Below, piece by piece: positions 11,042 to 21,297 of a stretch of 35,355 nt of DNA. Under the pieces are notes generated by a model that made no database searches, was not told the origin of the DNA, and saw only the letters and a program-made list of their open reading frames with translations. Position 1 is the stretch's first letter, and each line of letters opens with the position of its first letter. The stretch comes from Octopus bimaculoides (taxonomy: Eukaryota): assembly GCF_001194135.2 (NCBI RefSeq), contig NC_068986.1:26719212-26754566 (forward strand), read 5' to 3'. The translations under genes were made by a program, and so were the position numbers.

Positions 11042-11388
11042 CACAGGCGTGGCAAGAGACTGACATCTCAACTAATAATACAAGATTTCTGGTTCAGTTC
11101 CAGTGCATAGCACCTCCTTGGTTGTCTTCTACCATAACCTTGGGCCGACCAAAGCTTTGCAAGTGGATTTGGTAGACGGAAACTGAAAGAAGCCCGTCGT
11201 AAATATGTGTGTGTGTGTCTGTCTGTCCGCCTCCACCGTTTGACAACCGGTGTTGGTGTATTTACGTCCACATAACTTTAGCGGTTCGGCCAAAGACACC
11301 GATAAAATAAGTACTAGGATCGATTCCTTCGACTAAAACCCTTCGAGGCGTCGCCCCAGCATGGTCGCAGTCTAATGATTGAAACGAA
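11038..11388 (+). mobile_element. SINE family C, CpG-intact copy
   Basis: Same motif order as 1984-2416, begins TAGGCACAGGCGTGGC. Confidence 0.85.
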
Positions 11389-11406
11389 TATATATATATA
11401 TATATA

Positions 11407-12365
11407 CAGTACCGTGAAAAAATCTTCGGTGACTAAACTATTGTAAATTTCTCGCATTCCGTTTTTTACAGATGAAACATTGGCCCTGTTGGAGTCATTT
11501 CCATACCTAATCATTACATTTTGTAGTAGGGGGTCTGAATGAAAGGGGAAGATGCGAGACGATCACCAAAAATGGCCGTGCAAAAGTTTTCGGCCACCTC
11601 ACATAAGCCTATCAAGATACAGTGTTTTAAAACAGGAAAATGTCTATAATGAAAATTTATTCCATAATGTTCATTTTGAGAAGTTACTGTACATCGTTAA
11701 TATTTCGTGTAGCCGCCCTTAGCTTGAACAATTGCTTCAATGCGTCTGAGAAGAGATGCATACAAAGCCTTCATCATCTTCACAGGTATGAGGTGCCATT
11801 CTCTGTGGCTGAGGTCCCACAACTCTCCAAGATTGCGTGTATTCTTCTGACGGACTCCTCAACAGTTCTGTCCACATTTCCTCGATATTTATGTCAGGGC
11901 TCCGAGCTGGCCAATCTTTTAATACAGTATCACCTTCCTCAGACAGAATCTCTGTTGTGTTGCACGCGATCTGTGACATGGAGCTCCGTCGTGCTGAAAG
12001 ATCTCACCTTCATCCAAGTCCGATATGAAATTGTCCTTCATCCACTAATGAAGTTACTGTCAATTTTAACCAACTTTCTTGAACCATCACTTTTTACGTA
12101 TCCCCAAAGCATCGCTCTTACCTCCAACCATCAGTTTTCGTCGTGTAACGTGGATAGTTTCGCTTTCTAATAAATGAGAATTTTTGTCATCTTCCCCTCT
12201 CATTCAGAACCCCTACTACAAAACATAATGATTAAGTATTGAAACTGACTCCAACCGGGCCAATGTTTCATCTGTAAAAACGCAATGCGAAACATCAACT
12301 TTTAAGTTGGCAATTAATAGGAATTTACAATAGTTTAAAGTAGCCAAGGACTTTTGCACACCATT
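11407..12365 (-). mobile_element. Internally deleted Tc1-like element with long (IR/DR-type) terminal inverted repeats
   Basis: Minus-strand remnants IFQHDGAPCHRSRAT and WPARSPDIN. ~105-nt inverted arms at 11449-11554 and 12188-12291. Terminal motifs TA|CAGTACCGTG (11407) and gccaaggacttttgcacaccatt (12343-12365). Inner repeat ggccgtgcaaaagttttcggccac at ~11574-11597. Confidence 0.85.
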
Positions 12366-12419
12366 CGTTTGACAGTGTCACTCATTTACAACTATAACAA
12401 GATATGAATACAAAGAGAT

Positions 12420-12600
12420 GTGTACAAACACAATACATACACACACACACAAATATATATATACACACACACACACACACATCACAAATTTCTTTCAGTT
12501 TCTGTCTCACAAATTCACTCACCAGACTTTGCTCAGACCAGGGTTAAAGTACTTATTCATATAAGAATTGAAACAGGAAACTCAAGTCTAACAACACAGT
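12420..12600 (-). mobile_element. SINE family C fragment, CpG-decayed
   Basis: (CA)n-tttctttcagtttctgtc...attcactcacc...ctttgctcagacc. Confidence 0.6.
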
Positions 12601-12739
12601 GAAGCATCAGCTTCAAAAGCATTAAACACTTATAATGTGCAAATAAGAAGCTCCAGTTCTTTGAAGCTACCAGGTTTGACGAGCATATAAATAGATTGGC
12701 TACTTGTTTCTCTGGGATTGGTCAAATGATGTAGACACC

Positions 12740-12745
12740 TTTATT
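12740..12745 (-). terminator. Candidate distal polyadenylation signal (AATAAA)
   Basis: tttatt on + strand, close to where the CpG-depleted domain ends (~12.4 kb). Confidence 0.25.
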
Positions 12746-12836
12746 AAAACTCCAATCAAGGTTGAAAAGTCATTTAAGGCTGTTCATCCTTTGACATGTG
12801 GGTTGACATACACACACATTACATCCATTTTTTCGT

Positions 12837-13220
12837 TTTATTTACAATGGACGGATAGGTGTCCTCAATTGTTTGTTGCTACCACGTCTCCAGCCTTCAT
12901 CAGGTGTTCTGGTGGAATTTCGAACCCAACCCTTTGACTAATGGGATACTGTTCTCATTCCTAAGGTATTCTTTTTTACTGACGGGCATATAGCTACTAA
13001 CCCTCGAATTCTGAGTTCAATCCCAGGCAGGGACTTAGGAAATAATCATCAGCAAAAAAGAATATCTTAGGAATCAGAACAGAGTACCCCATTAGTTCAA
13101 ATAAAGGGTTGGGTTCAAAATTCCACCAGAACACCTGATGAGGATTATAGAGAACATCAGCCGAAACGTTGTGGTAACAACAAACAAGGTGAGGACACCT
13201 ATCTGGCAATTGTAAATAAA
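12837..13220. mobile_element. Inverted pair of Penelope-like terminal-repeat fragments, each with a degenerate type-I hammerhead
   Basis: Arms 12837-12983 and 13048-13220 align in inverted orientation. Right arm: AACAC-CTGATGA-...-CAGCC-GAA-ACGT-T-GTGGT (13130-13175). Left arm (minus): AACAC-CTGATGA-A-GGCTG followed by a deletion. Confidence 0.7.
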
Positions 13221-13974
13221 GTACATAATTCCTCATTTCAAAAATATACATTAGTATTTTTCCTTTTAGTTGTTAGATCTGGAAGAAGAAATGTCCGTGA
13301 CCTTAGCAGGGCTTCCAAGATCAATGAGATAGATGCCTCTTGAACTTTAGCCAACACTTATAGAAAAGATACAAGCAAGTGTGAAAGTTCCAACATTCTA
13401 GGAAAGGACTGAGTGTGGTGGTCAGTGCTGGGCCTGAATATTTGAACACAACAAGGATAGTATGATGAATAAAAACAAGTGGGTCAAGAATGCCCGAGTA
13501 GAGGTGGTGCAAGTAGAGGCCAATATGGTAACAATAGCAAAGGCAGGGGACATGCAAAGCTGTGGATTACAAGCTGGAGTACATCTCTGTGATTTTATGC
13601 CGGTCAGTTAAGAGATCTTTTCTGGATATGGTCTTGGATAGCTTTGTATTGTAAGAGCAGCATTGAGCCCTATTTAAGGGTACAATACTCCACTGAGGGC
13701 CTCATCTGACCTTTGTAGAGTGTCAATGATTGTTAGGAGCTGAAGTATGTTGTCTGTATGGTACAAGTACTGAACCAACAGTATGGACAAGTAGCAGGGA
13801 CTTTCAAAGCTTAAATATATCAGGAAAATAGTTGTACTCAAGGTGCATTATACATGTACTACTGAGAAATTTTTTAAAAAATCAATGAGTAAAAGATGAA
13901 ATCGTGTAGCTCATACAAGATAATATTTCAACATCATGTCAATCACAAACACAGTCATGTGTAGGCCGAAGCTT

Positions 13975-14163
13975 GACTGTGTATAGGCATGCAGACATGG
14001 CTGTATATAGGTGCAGGCATGGTTGTGTAAAGGCACATGCATGGCCGTGTATAGATGCAGACATGACCATAAGTGCAGGAATGGCCATGTATAGGTACAT
14101 GCATGACTGTATGTATAGGCACATGCCTAGCTGTGTGTATCGGTGCACAGGAATAACTGTGTA
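13975..14163 (+). repeat. Degenerate ~22-nt minisatellite (about 8-9 units, GGCTGTGTATAGGCGCAGGCAT-like)
   Basis: Units such as ggctgtatataggtgcaggcat, ggttgtgtaaaggcacatgcat and ggccgtgtatagatgcagacat. Confidence 0.8.
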
Positions 14164-14315
14164 GTTAAGTTTTCTTCCCAACTACATGGTTTTGGGTTCA
14201 ATCTCACTGAATGGTATTTTATTTGAATAAGTGTTTGCTACTATAAACCATGGGCCAACCAAAGCCATGTGAGTGGATTTGTAAAGAGAAACTGAAGAAA
14301 GCTTGTCATATATAT
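14140..14315 (+). mobile_element. SINE family C, 5' part
   Basis: ttcccaactacatggttttgggttcaatc...gggccaaccaaagccatgtgagtggatttg. Confidence 0.75.
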
Positions 14316-14471
14316 GCTGATTTAGCATTTGTAAACATTCAGTCTAAGTAGTATCTACTTAGACTTGCCTGAATTAAGAATTAAAATAACTAAAGGAATT
14401 AATTTGAGCTGAAGAAGTAGGAAGAAATAAGAAAACTACCAAATGTTTTAGTATAATAATAAACATAAAGT

Positions 14472-14477
14472 TTTATT
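14472..14477 (-). terminator. Candidate proximal polyadenylation signal (AATAAA) of the NKTR-like gene
   Basis: tttatt on + strand ~115 nt past the stop codon. The hexamer is common in AT-rich DNA. Confidence 0.3.
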
Positions 14478-14592
14478 TTTCAATGAGAATTTCCATACAC
14501 CCCTTGTAATGTGCAAGCCAGATAGTATATTGAAGTTACAAGTACTATCAACAGGATACTACAATGGTAGGCAGTTCCATTGAAACCATTCT

Positions 14593-14809
14593 TCAATCAC
14601 TTGATGACCAACTGCGACTGCGACTGGAACTACTGCTCTTTCTCTTGCGACCGCTCAATCTTCTTCCGCTCCTTCTACTGCTTCGACGGCGCTGACGACT
14701 GCTGCTGCTACTACGGCGGTCCCGAGTGTTTCGCCGTTGTTGGTTGCGAGAGCTGCTTCGCGAGTAGGAGCGCCGATGGCTGGATGACCGACTTCGTGAA
14801 GGACTTGAA
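14593..14809 (-). CDS. NKTR: NKTR-like terminal coding exon (RS tail, stop TGA at 14595-14593)
   Basis: Acceptor tttgcggctcacag|T. Translates SSPSRSRSSSHRRSYSRSSSRNQQRR...RKRKSSSSSRSRSWSSSD*. Phase matches the upstream exons. Confidence 0.88.
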
Positions 14810-15364
14810 CTGTGAGCCGCAAATATATAAATAAAGGAAATAAGTTTTGCAATTTATTAAAAAGCTGGGGTGAAACTAATCAATTTTAAAAGATTTAAGT
14901 GAAAATAACGAACAAAAATTATACTTTTTTTTTTTTTGATGATGAAGAATGACACCCTGCAATAAATTCAGATGCAAAAATATAACTTATCTAACATGTC
15001 AACATGGCAACCTGATATACAAATGATAGTAAAGAATTATGATTTACATACTACTTCATCTTTTACAATATAAATTGTAAATTATATGTAGCTCAATGGA
15101 AAATTTTTTTTTCTAGATCAGCTAAGGGATTTAATTCTATCTTTATTATTAGAAGTCAGATGGTAAGAAAAGAACAAATTTAAAGAAACTAGAATATAAA
15201 CATATCTTATCTAACAACACAAAATATTGTAGTATTTACACTAACAAAGATAATGCTAAGAAATTTTCAAAATTTGTAGGTTTAAAAGAATTTCATTTTG
15301 TTATGAGGAAATAATTTTCATTTCTAAAAGGATCAGAAATTTTGGGCAAGACATATATATTTCT

Positions 15365-15631
15365 GGGCACTCCGTCGGTTATGACGAGAAGGGTTCCAAT
15401 TGATCTGACCTATGGAACAACCTGCTTGCAAAATGAACGTGCAAGTGGCTGAGCACTCCACAAACACATGTAGCCTTAACATAGTTCTCAGGGAGATTCA
15501 GTATGACACAGAGTGTGATAAGGCTGGCCCTTTGAGGTATAGGGGCTACTCATTTCTACCAGCTGGGTGGACTGGAGCAATGTGAAATAAAGTGTCTTGT
15601 TCAAGGAATTGAACTCACGACCTTGTGATCA
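15365..15631 (-). mobile_element. SINE family B, 5'-truncated, CpG-decayed (intronic)
   Basis: Aligns to 1219-1542, with many CG>TG/CA changes. Confidence 0.85.
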
Positions 15632-16012
15632 TATTCTTTTATTTATTTATTTCAGTCATTTGACTGTGACCCTACTGGAGCACCACCTTTAGTCAAATAA
15701 ATCGACCCCAGAGCTTACTCTTTGCAAACCTAGTACTTATTCTATCAGTCTCTTTTGCCGAACCGCTAAGTTATGAGGACATGAACACACCAGCATCAGT
15801 TGTCAAGCGATAATGGAGGAACACAGACACATATATATATATATATACATATACATACATACGATGGGCTTTTTTCAGTTTCCATCTACCAAATCCACTC
15901 GCAAGGCTTTGGTCAGTCCGAGGTTATAAAAGACACTTGCCCAAGGTACCAAGCAGTGGGACTGAACTCAGAACCATGTGGTTGGTAAGGAAGCTACTTA
16001 CCACACAGCCAC
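15632..16012 (-). mobile_element. SINE family C (intronic)
   Basis: Reverse complement of family C, from the tail (ttcttttatttattt) to the head (ccacacagccac). Confidence 0.85.
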
Positions 16013-16196
16013 TAGTGGTTAGGGTATTCGGCTTACAACCGTAAGTTCATACGTATATGTATGAACTGAAGTGTCTTTATTACTTGACTGGTACTAATTT
16101 TATCAACAAGGACAAAAGGCAGGTGACCCAATAACATTTGGGGTTTTTTTTTTCTTTTTTTACTTGAATGTAATAAAGATGAAATTAAAAACTTAC

Positions 16197-16244
16197 CGTC
16201 TTCGAGAATTACTACGCCTGGGAGAATCTCGCCTGCGACGATTC
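16197..16244 (-). CDS. NKTR: NKTR-like small RS exon (48 nt, phase 2-2)
   Basis: Donor CG|GTAAGT with a weaker acceptor tatttgtgaag|G. Translates NRRRRDSPRRSNSRR, a CpG/Arg-rich island in AT-rich intron. Confidence 0.8.
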
Positions 16245-16420
16245 CTTCACAAATATACAATTTTCAATTAATCAAATTTTCTATTTAAAATGATTTGATG
16301 TTAACATAAAACATGTCTAGGTCGGTTTTTTTTAAGTGCAAAAAAAATATTTTAAAAATATTAAAATGAATTAGTATACATATAAATATATACATATACA
16401 CACACTTTTCTTTTTTTTTT

Positions 16421-16772
16421 TTACTTGTTTCACAGTCATTTGACTGCAGCCATGCTGGAGCACTGCCTCGAAGTGTTTTTCTCAAATAATTTGACCCCAG
16501 GACTTATTTTTAAGCCTAGTACTTATTCTATTGGTCTCTTTGCTGAATTGCTAAGTTATGGAGGTGTGAAAACACCAACACCAGTTGTCAAGCAATGATG
16601 GCCATGCAAATACAAACACAAAGAAACACACATAAATATATACATATCTATATACTTCAGGCTTTTGTTGGCCTAATGCAATAGTAGAAAACACTTGCCC
16701 AAGGTGCCATGCAGAAAGACTGAACCCAGAATCATGTGGTTGAGAAACAAGCATTTTACCACACAGCAACAC
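16421..16772 (-). mobile_element. SINE family C (intronic)
   Basis: ttacttgtttcacagtcatttgactgcagccatgctggagc...cttgcccaaggtgcc...ttaccacacagc. Confidence 0.85.
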
Positions 16773-17244
16773 ATATATAAAAAGAATTTTCATATTTGGA
16801 AATTTGATTCATAACAGAGACTCTCTGGATTTGGTCAAATGTAAAGTTCAAGTAAGCAAATTGACTGTGGAAAGTTACACAGGTTCAAAATTTAGAGCTT
16901 AAGCGTCTTTCAACAACACTGAAATCATAATCCTGCTTTTCCAAGTTAACCTTGTAAACTGCTGTATTTAATGTTAGCAGTGAATAAAGCATCAGAAACC
17001 ATGTCGATTTATGAGTGATCACTGAAGAATTAACAAATAGAATACTTTTATTAAAAGAACAGGTTTTCTGGTATAGGACAATCTGTTGAAATATAAAAAT
17101 CAAACTTGAAAGTGTGGTAGGTGGGGGAGGGGATGAGTAAAGTTCTAATTGCTGAAAGCTTCTTAAGTGCTACCTAAACCAGATAGTTTATGAGATTGAG
17201 CTTTTTGTGGACCCCCATGCAAATGGTAGTTTATAAAAGTTACA

Positions 17245-17586
17245 TAAGAAGTTTGTTTTGCGACCACATGGTTTTGGGTTCAATCCCACTACATAGCACC
17301 TAGTATAGCTCCAGATAAATCAATGCCTTGTGAGTGAATTTGGTAAGTGTAAACTGTTTAGAAGTCTGTTGTATATGTGTCTTTGTGTCTGTGTTTATGT
17401 GCCACTCCCCATTTTTTAACAACTGGTGTTGGTTTGTTTATCTCCCCATAACTTAGCAGTCCAGCAAAAGAAACCAATAGAATAAGTGTCAGACTTTAAA
17501 AAAAAATAAGTACCAGGATTGAATTGTTCGACTAAAACCCTTCAAGCTGTATGGCTGCAGTCCAATGACTGAAACAAGTAAAAGAC
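17245..17586 (+). mobile_element. SINE family C (intronic, opposite orientation to the two upstream copies)
   Basis: accacatggttttgggttcaatccc...gccttgtgagtgaattt...aatgactgaaacaagtaaaag. Confidence 0.85.
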
Positions 17587-17617
17587 AAATGATTTAAAAT
17601 ATGAAAACTTAACTTAC

Positions 17618-17698
17618 TTAGAAGTGTCTCTAGAAGGGCTGCGCTTATACTTAGAAGTTGATGATGATATTGGGGATCTATGACGATAAGGAGGACCC
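17618..17698 (-). CDS. NKTR: NKTR-like small RS exon (81 nt, phase 2-2)
   Basis: Acceptor tttcctctttctag|G and donor AA|GTAAGT. Translates GPPYRHRSPISSSTSKYKRSPSRDTS. Upstream intron is 128 nt. Confidence 0.85.
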
Positions 17699-17826
17699 CT
17701 AGAAAGAGGAAACATCAGAATTTAGAAAAAGCAAAACCAAATTCATAAAGACTTCTCACATTACTGAATATGATAAAAAATGATAATTCCAAAGAAGCGT
17801 GCAAAAAATAGAAACTGTTTACACAC

Positions 17827-18693
17827 CGACTCCTAGAGCGTGTTGATCTACGTTGCTTCCATCTAGGGGGCGAGTAGTTACTGGTCCTCATATAAGGTCG
17901 TGATGAACGAGGTGAAGTATATTTTCTTGATGATCGGATCCCTCGAGAGGACGACGAACGCGAATACCTGTTTAAAGAGTATGATGTCGGTGAATGGTTC
18001 CAACGTCCACCGCGCACTGGAGAATTTCGGCTGGGTGACCTGAAGTAGCGTTTTGGAGACCGTGAATGGCTTCTCGATTTGCTACTGTTGTGACTGGTAT
18101 GCCGTCTGCCCGATGACTTCTTTGGCGAAGGACTTGAATCCCGCGTGTACGAGTGTTTGGATGAAGACAGAGTTGAATGGTGTTTTTCATTATCTTCAGT
18201 GCTCTTAGAAGGGATGCTTATCACATCAATTTCTTTTTTGCCACTCTTTTCAGCATTGTCTTTCTCAACTACAGCCTTGGTTATTTCAGAGATCGAGGGC
18301 GGTTGCATCTTAAGATCACCTGCTTTTGTATCTGAAGGTAAAGGCACAGGGACATCAGACAATTCAATGCTCTCTTTTGTAACTTCATCTGAGTTAATGG
18401 ATATTACTGCTTCATCAACAACTGCTTTCTGGTCTGTCTCAGAACTGACCGCTACAGCAGGTGTTGTGATTACAGCTTTGGCCAAAACAGAACTGCTAGT
18501 GTCAGAAAGTTTCAAAGTGGAAGAGAAGATGTTCTGTGCACAATTATCTGTCATTGATGGAACTGCAGTCAAAGAGTCAATGGAAACAGAAGCTACAGTG
18601 TTTGTGGAACTAGGTGGAAGTGGTACAGATTTCACACCTCCTACAGGATCAGGTGGGGTAGGGATGTTTGCTAGTAATGCTGCAGAATTGATT
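17827..18693 (-). CDS. NKTR: NKTR-like exon (867 nt, phase 2-2); S/T/E-rich linker then RS domain
   Basis: Acceptor ttgttttctctag|A and donor CG|GTGTGT. Translates INSAALLANIPTPPDP...SRSHSRSPKRYFRSPSR...RRSTRSRS (ORF 17715-18635). Confidence 0.88.
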
Positions 18694-20967
18694 CTAGAGA
18701 AAACAAATGAAAAGTATAAAAAGAAAATTAGTAATTAAAAAATATTAAAATTTTAAAGCTAAAAGGCTTGGACTATTTGACCATTTGATTATTTGATCAA
18801 AGCTGATCGGCTGTTGCAACATATCCTTAGGCAAGATGCAATCATTACTCAGCCTTAGTTTGCCTTAGCTGACAAGTGGCAGCACTCCACTTCAAGTTGA
18901 GTGCTTAGGAATGATAAGCTGTAAAAAATATTTATTTCAACAATATACACAAAGGTCTGTAAAAGAACCAGTTCTATAAAGATTGGTATTTCCTAACTAC
19001 TTTATTATCTTAGCTCGTCTAATATTCTAACTCAGACCACTTTGATTTTTGATAAATTCATGTAAAAGAAATTTGATATTCTAAGTTTTTCAAATATTTG
19101 TAAGTACCATTTTTAAAGATAAATGCATTTTAACTAAACTGGAAAAAAATTATACTAAAAGTTGGTGCCAATCAATAACAATTTCACTGTCATGTACAAG
19201 AAAGGAAATATAATTGATTCTCTTAACTCCAATATGTTATCAACTTTGGAGATTGAAAAAGTTGCATTTAATGTAATTTAAACCAAGAAACACAATGTTC
19301 CAAACCTGTGACCATAAAATATGTAGTAGATGCATTCTACTGCTATAGTCTGTATACCACTTTATCAAGGCAAATTTCTACCTTATTTTATTCTACTTAC
19401 TTATTAATTCTGAAAAGATGGAAGGCAACACAACCCCATTAACATTTGAACTCAGATTCAAGAGATGAATATCAAATACAACCATACAGCAAGCCTGTCA
19501 TTCTATTAACCTCTCCATATTTACTACCCTTCATCAGCTTATAATATAAAAAATAAAACTTAGATAGACAGCTAGTCATTATAGAGTATTTAAATAAATA
19601 CCAAATTAATTGTTGCAAAAATAAAATCAAAGTTACTCTAATAGTTTTCTGGGAGAATATCTTTCTGTGGTCATTCTTAAAAATATTCAACTGAAATTCT
19701 ACCAATAGCTGACATGCATGCTTCTGCAGACACACAAAGAAATCGTGTTGGTGCATGTTTCAAATAATGACAAAAGCTAGTCATTTCCTCTGATAAAATT
19801 CCATGATAGAGGCCAAGTCTTTACAAGTTATTATGATTCTTTAGAAACCATACTGCTCTCAATTATACTAAAGCATGACTGTAGCTCACATGACCTAAAT
19901 CATATCAGTAGATAAATATAAAAAGAAAAGAACAAATATTTATTTAATGGTAACTATATAGACGGTCTTGAACTAAAAATGAATAAGAAAATCTTTGGGA
20001 ATTGGTCTTATCTTAAATCAATAATTTGAACAATTAAAGAACACGCATAATTATTTAGGGTCAATGAAACTGATTGTTTAACACAAGGCTGCAGATTTAT
20101 AATGACAGAAAAATGAATTTGTAATGTTGATATCTTTCTCAAGGATATTAGAGACAAACCTGAAAATTAAATAGATTATACACATTATAATCAGCCAGAA
20201 TGAAGTTCATCTCTGTACCTACATTGCTGTATGAAAGCAATCTGACTTTTCAATTAATAAAATATCAAATCCAATTAATCATTTATCTTAAATGCAAAAC
20301 AATTAAGATAGAATAAAAAGTGTAAAAAAAAGAACGAAAAAATGACTTGGTGGTCCAGTGCCAAACTACCTGGAAATTAATGAGGGCTTAGTTGTTGTTA
20401 CTGTTCAGGTGCAGGGCAAGTCTGGAAGGGCTTACCTACAATTGAAAGCAATCCATTTGTGACCACCCCATCTTTTTAAGGGTATCCAAGACTACATTAG
20501 TCAATGCATTCAATCTTTAATATAGTAAGGTGCAGTTTGAGGGTTGTTATTTCTAGAAGGTTGAGCAACCATATAGAGGCCCTCTTATTGAAAGCTTCAG
20601 TTGACTATGTTGGAATTCCATAATTTCACATGGGATAGAATCTATGTTTGAAAATTGATCCCAGTATATTCTTAAGAGTTATTTAACAGAAATAAATTCT
20701 TTTTAAATTCAACCAAAGCAAATTCTCCTCAAAGTGCTTAAGGTCACTATAGGCTGAATGAAGTTCTTCTCTGAGACAACTGGATATTTAACCTATTTAT
20801 TACCATATTTCTGTTAAAATATAATGTCTTTAAAAATAAGGAAAAATTTAGTAAAATGACAATCATTATTAAGCTGCTTTTATGTAGATCACTATAACTT
20901 CTTTGATACCAACACATTTGAGGCCACCCTTGGTTTCTATGATATAAACTTCATGTTTTAATGTGAT

Positions 20968-21193
20968 TTAACCTTTTTGTTACCATATTTATTTTGAGAT
21001 GCTCTATGTTTCTTTCAATTATTTTAAATATAACAAAGAATTTCATAAAATAACTCACTTATCATTAAGCTGGTGTTAGGAACATAAACTGTGACGAAGA
21101 TTTGATGGAAGATTTTAATTCGAAACTTATGAAAAGACATTTGTACTACAGAACCAGAACCGGTTTCAGCCAGGTTGGTAACAAAAGGCTTAA
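20968..21193. mobile_element. piggyBac-like MITE with TTAA target duplications
   Basis: TTAA|cctttttgttacca ... tggtaacaaaaggc|TTAA. Related partial copies at ~20788-20880, ~21200-21297 (inverted) and ~25455-25550. Confidence 0.7.
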
Positions 21194-21297
21194 ATTAAAA
21201 CCTTCCATTAAAGTTTCATGTTGATTTTTGTTCCAAATATCAGTTTAATAACGATAAAGTTATTTTACTTAATTCTTCATTATTTTCAAATTCAGTG

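Noticed and set aside
13270-13810. GC-richer block with faint Gypsy RNase H-like words (EIDAS, DYKLEYI)
   Set aside because: Motifs are too short and lie in broken frames. A tblastx/HMM search is needed; left unclassified.
16951-17021. Possible stop-containing exon (ttcttcag|TGATCACTCATAA...AAG|GTTAAC)
   Set aside because: Weak donor. Such site pairs arise often by chance in AT-rich introns.
18145-18738. 197-aa + strand ORF (also 14580-14834, 22236-22532, 31997-32209, 32324-32527)
   Set aside because: Antisense shadows of the NKTR-like exons, with no independent protein features.
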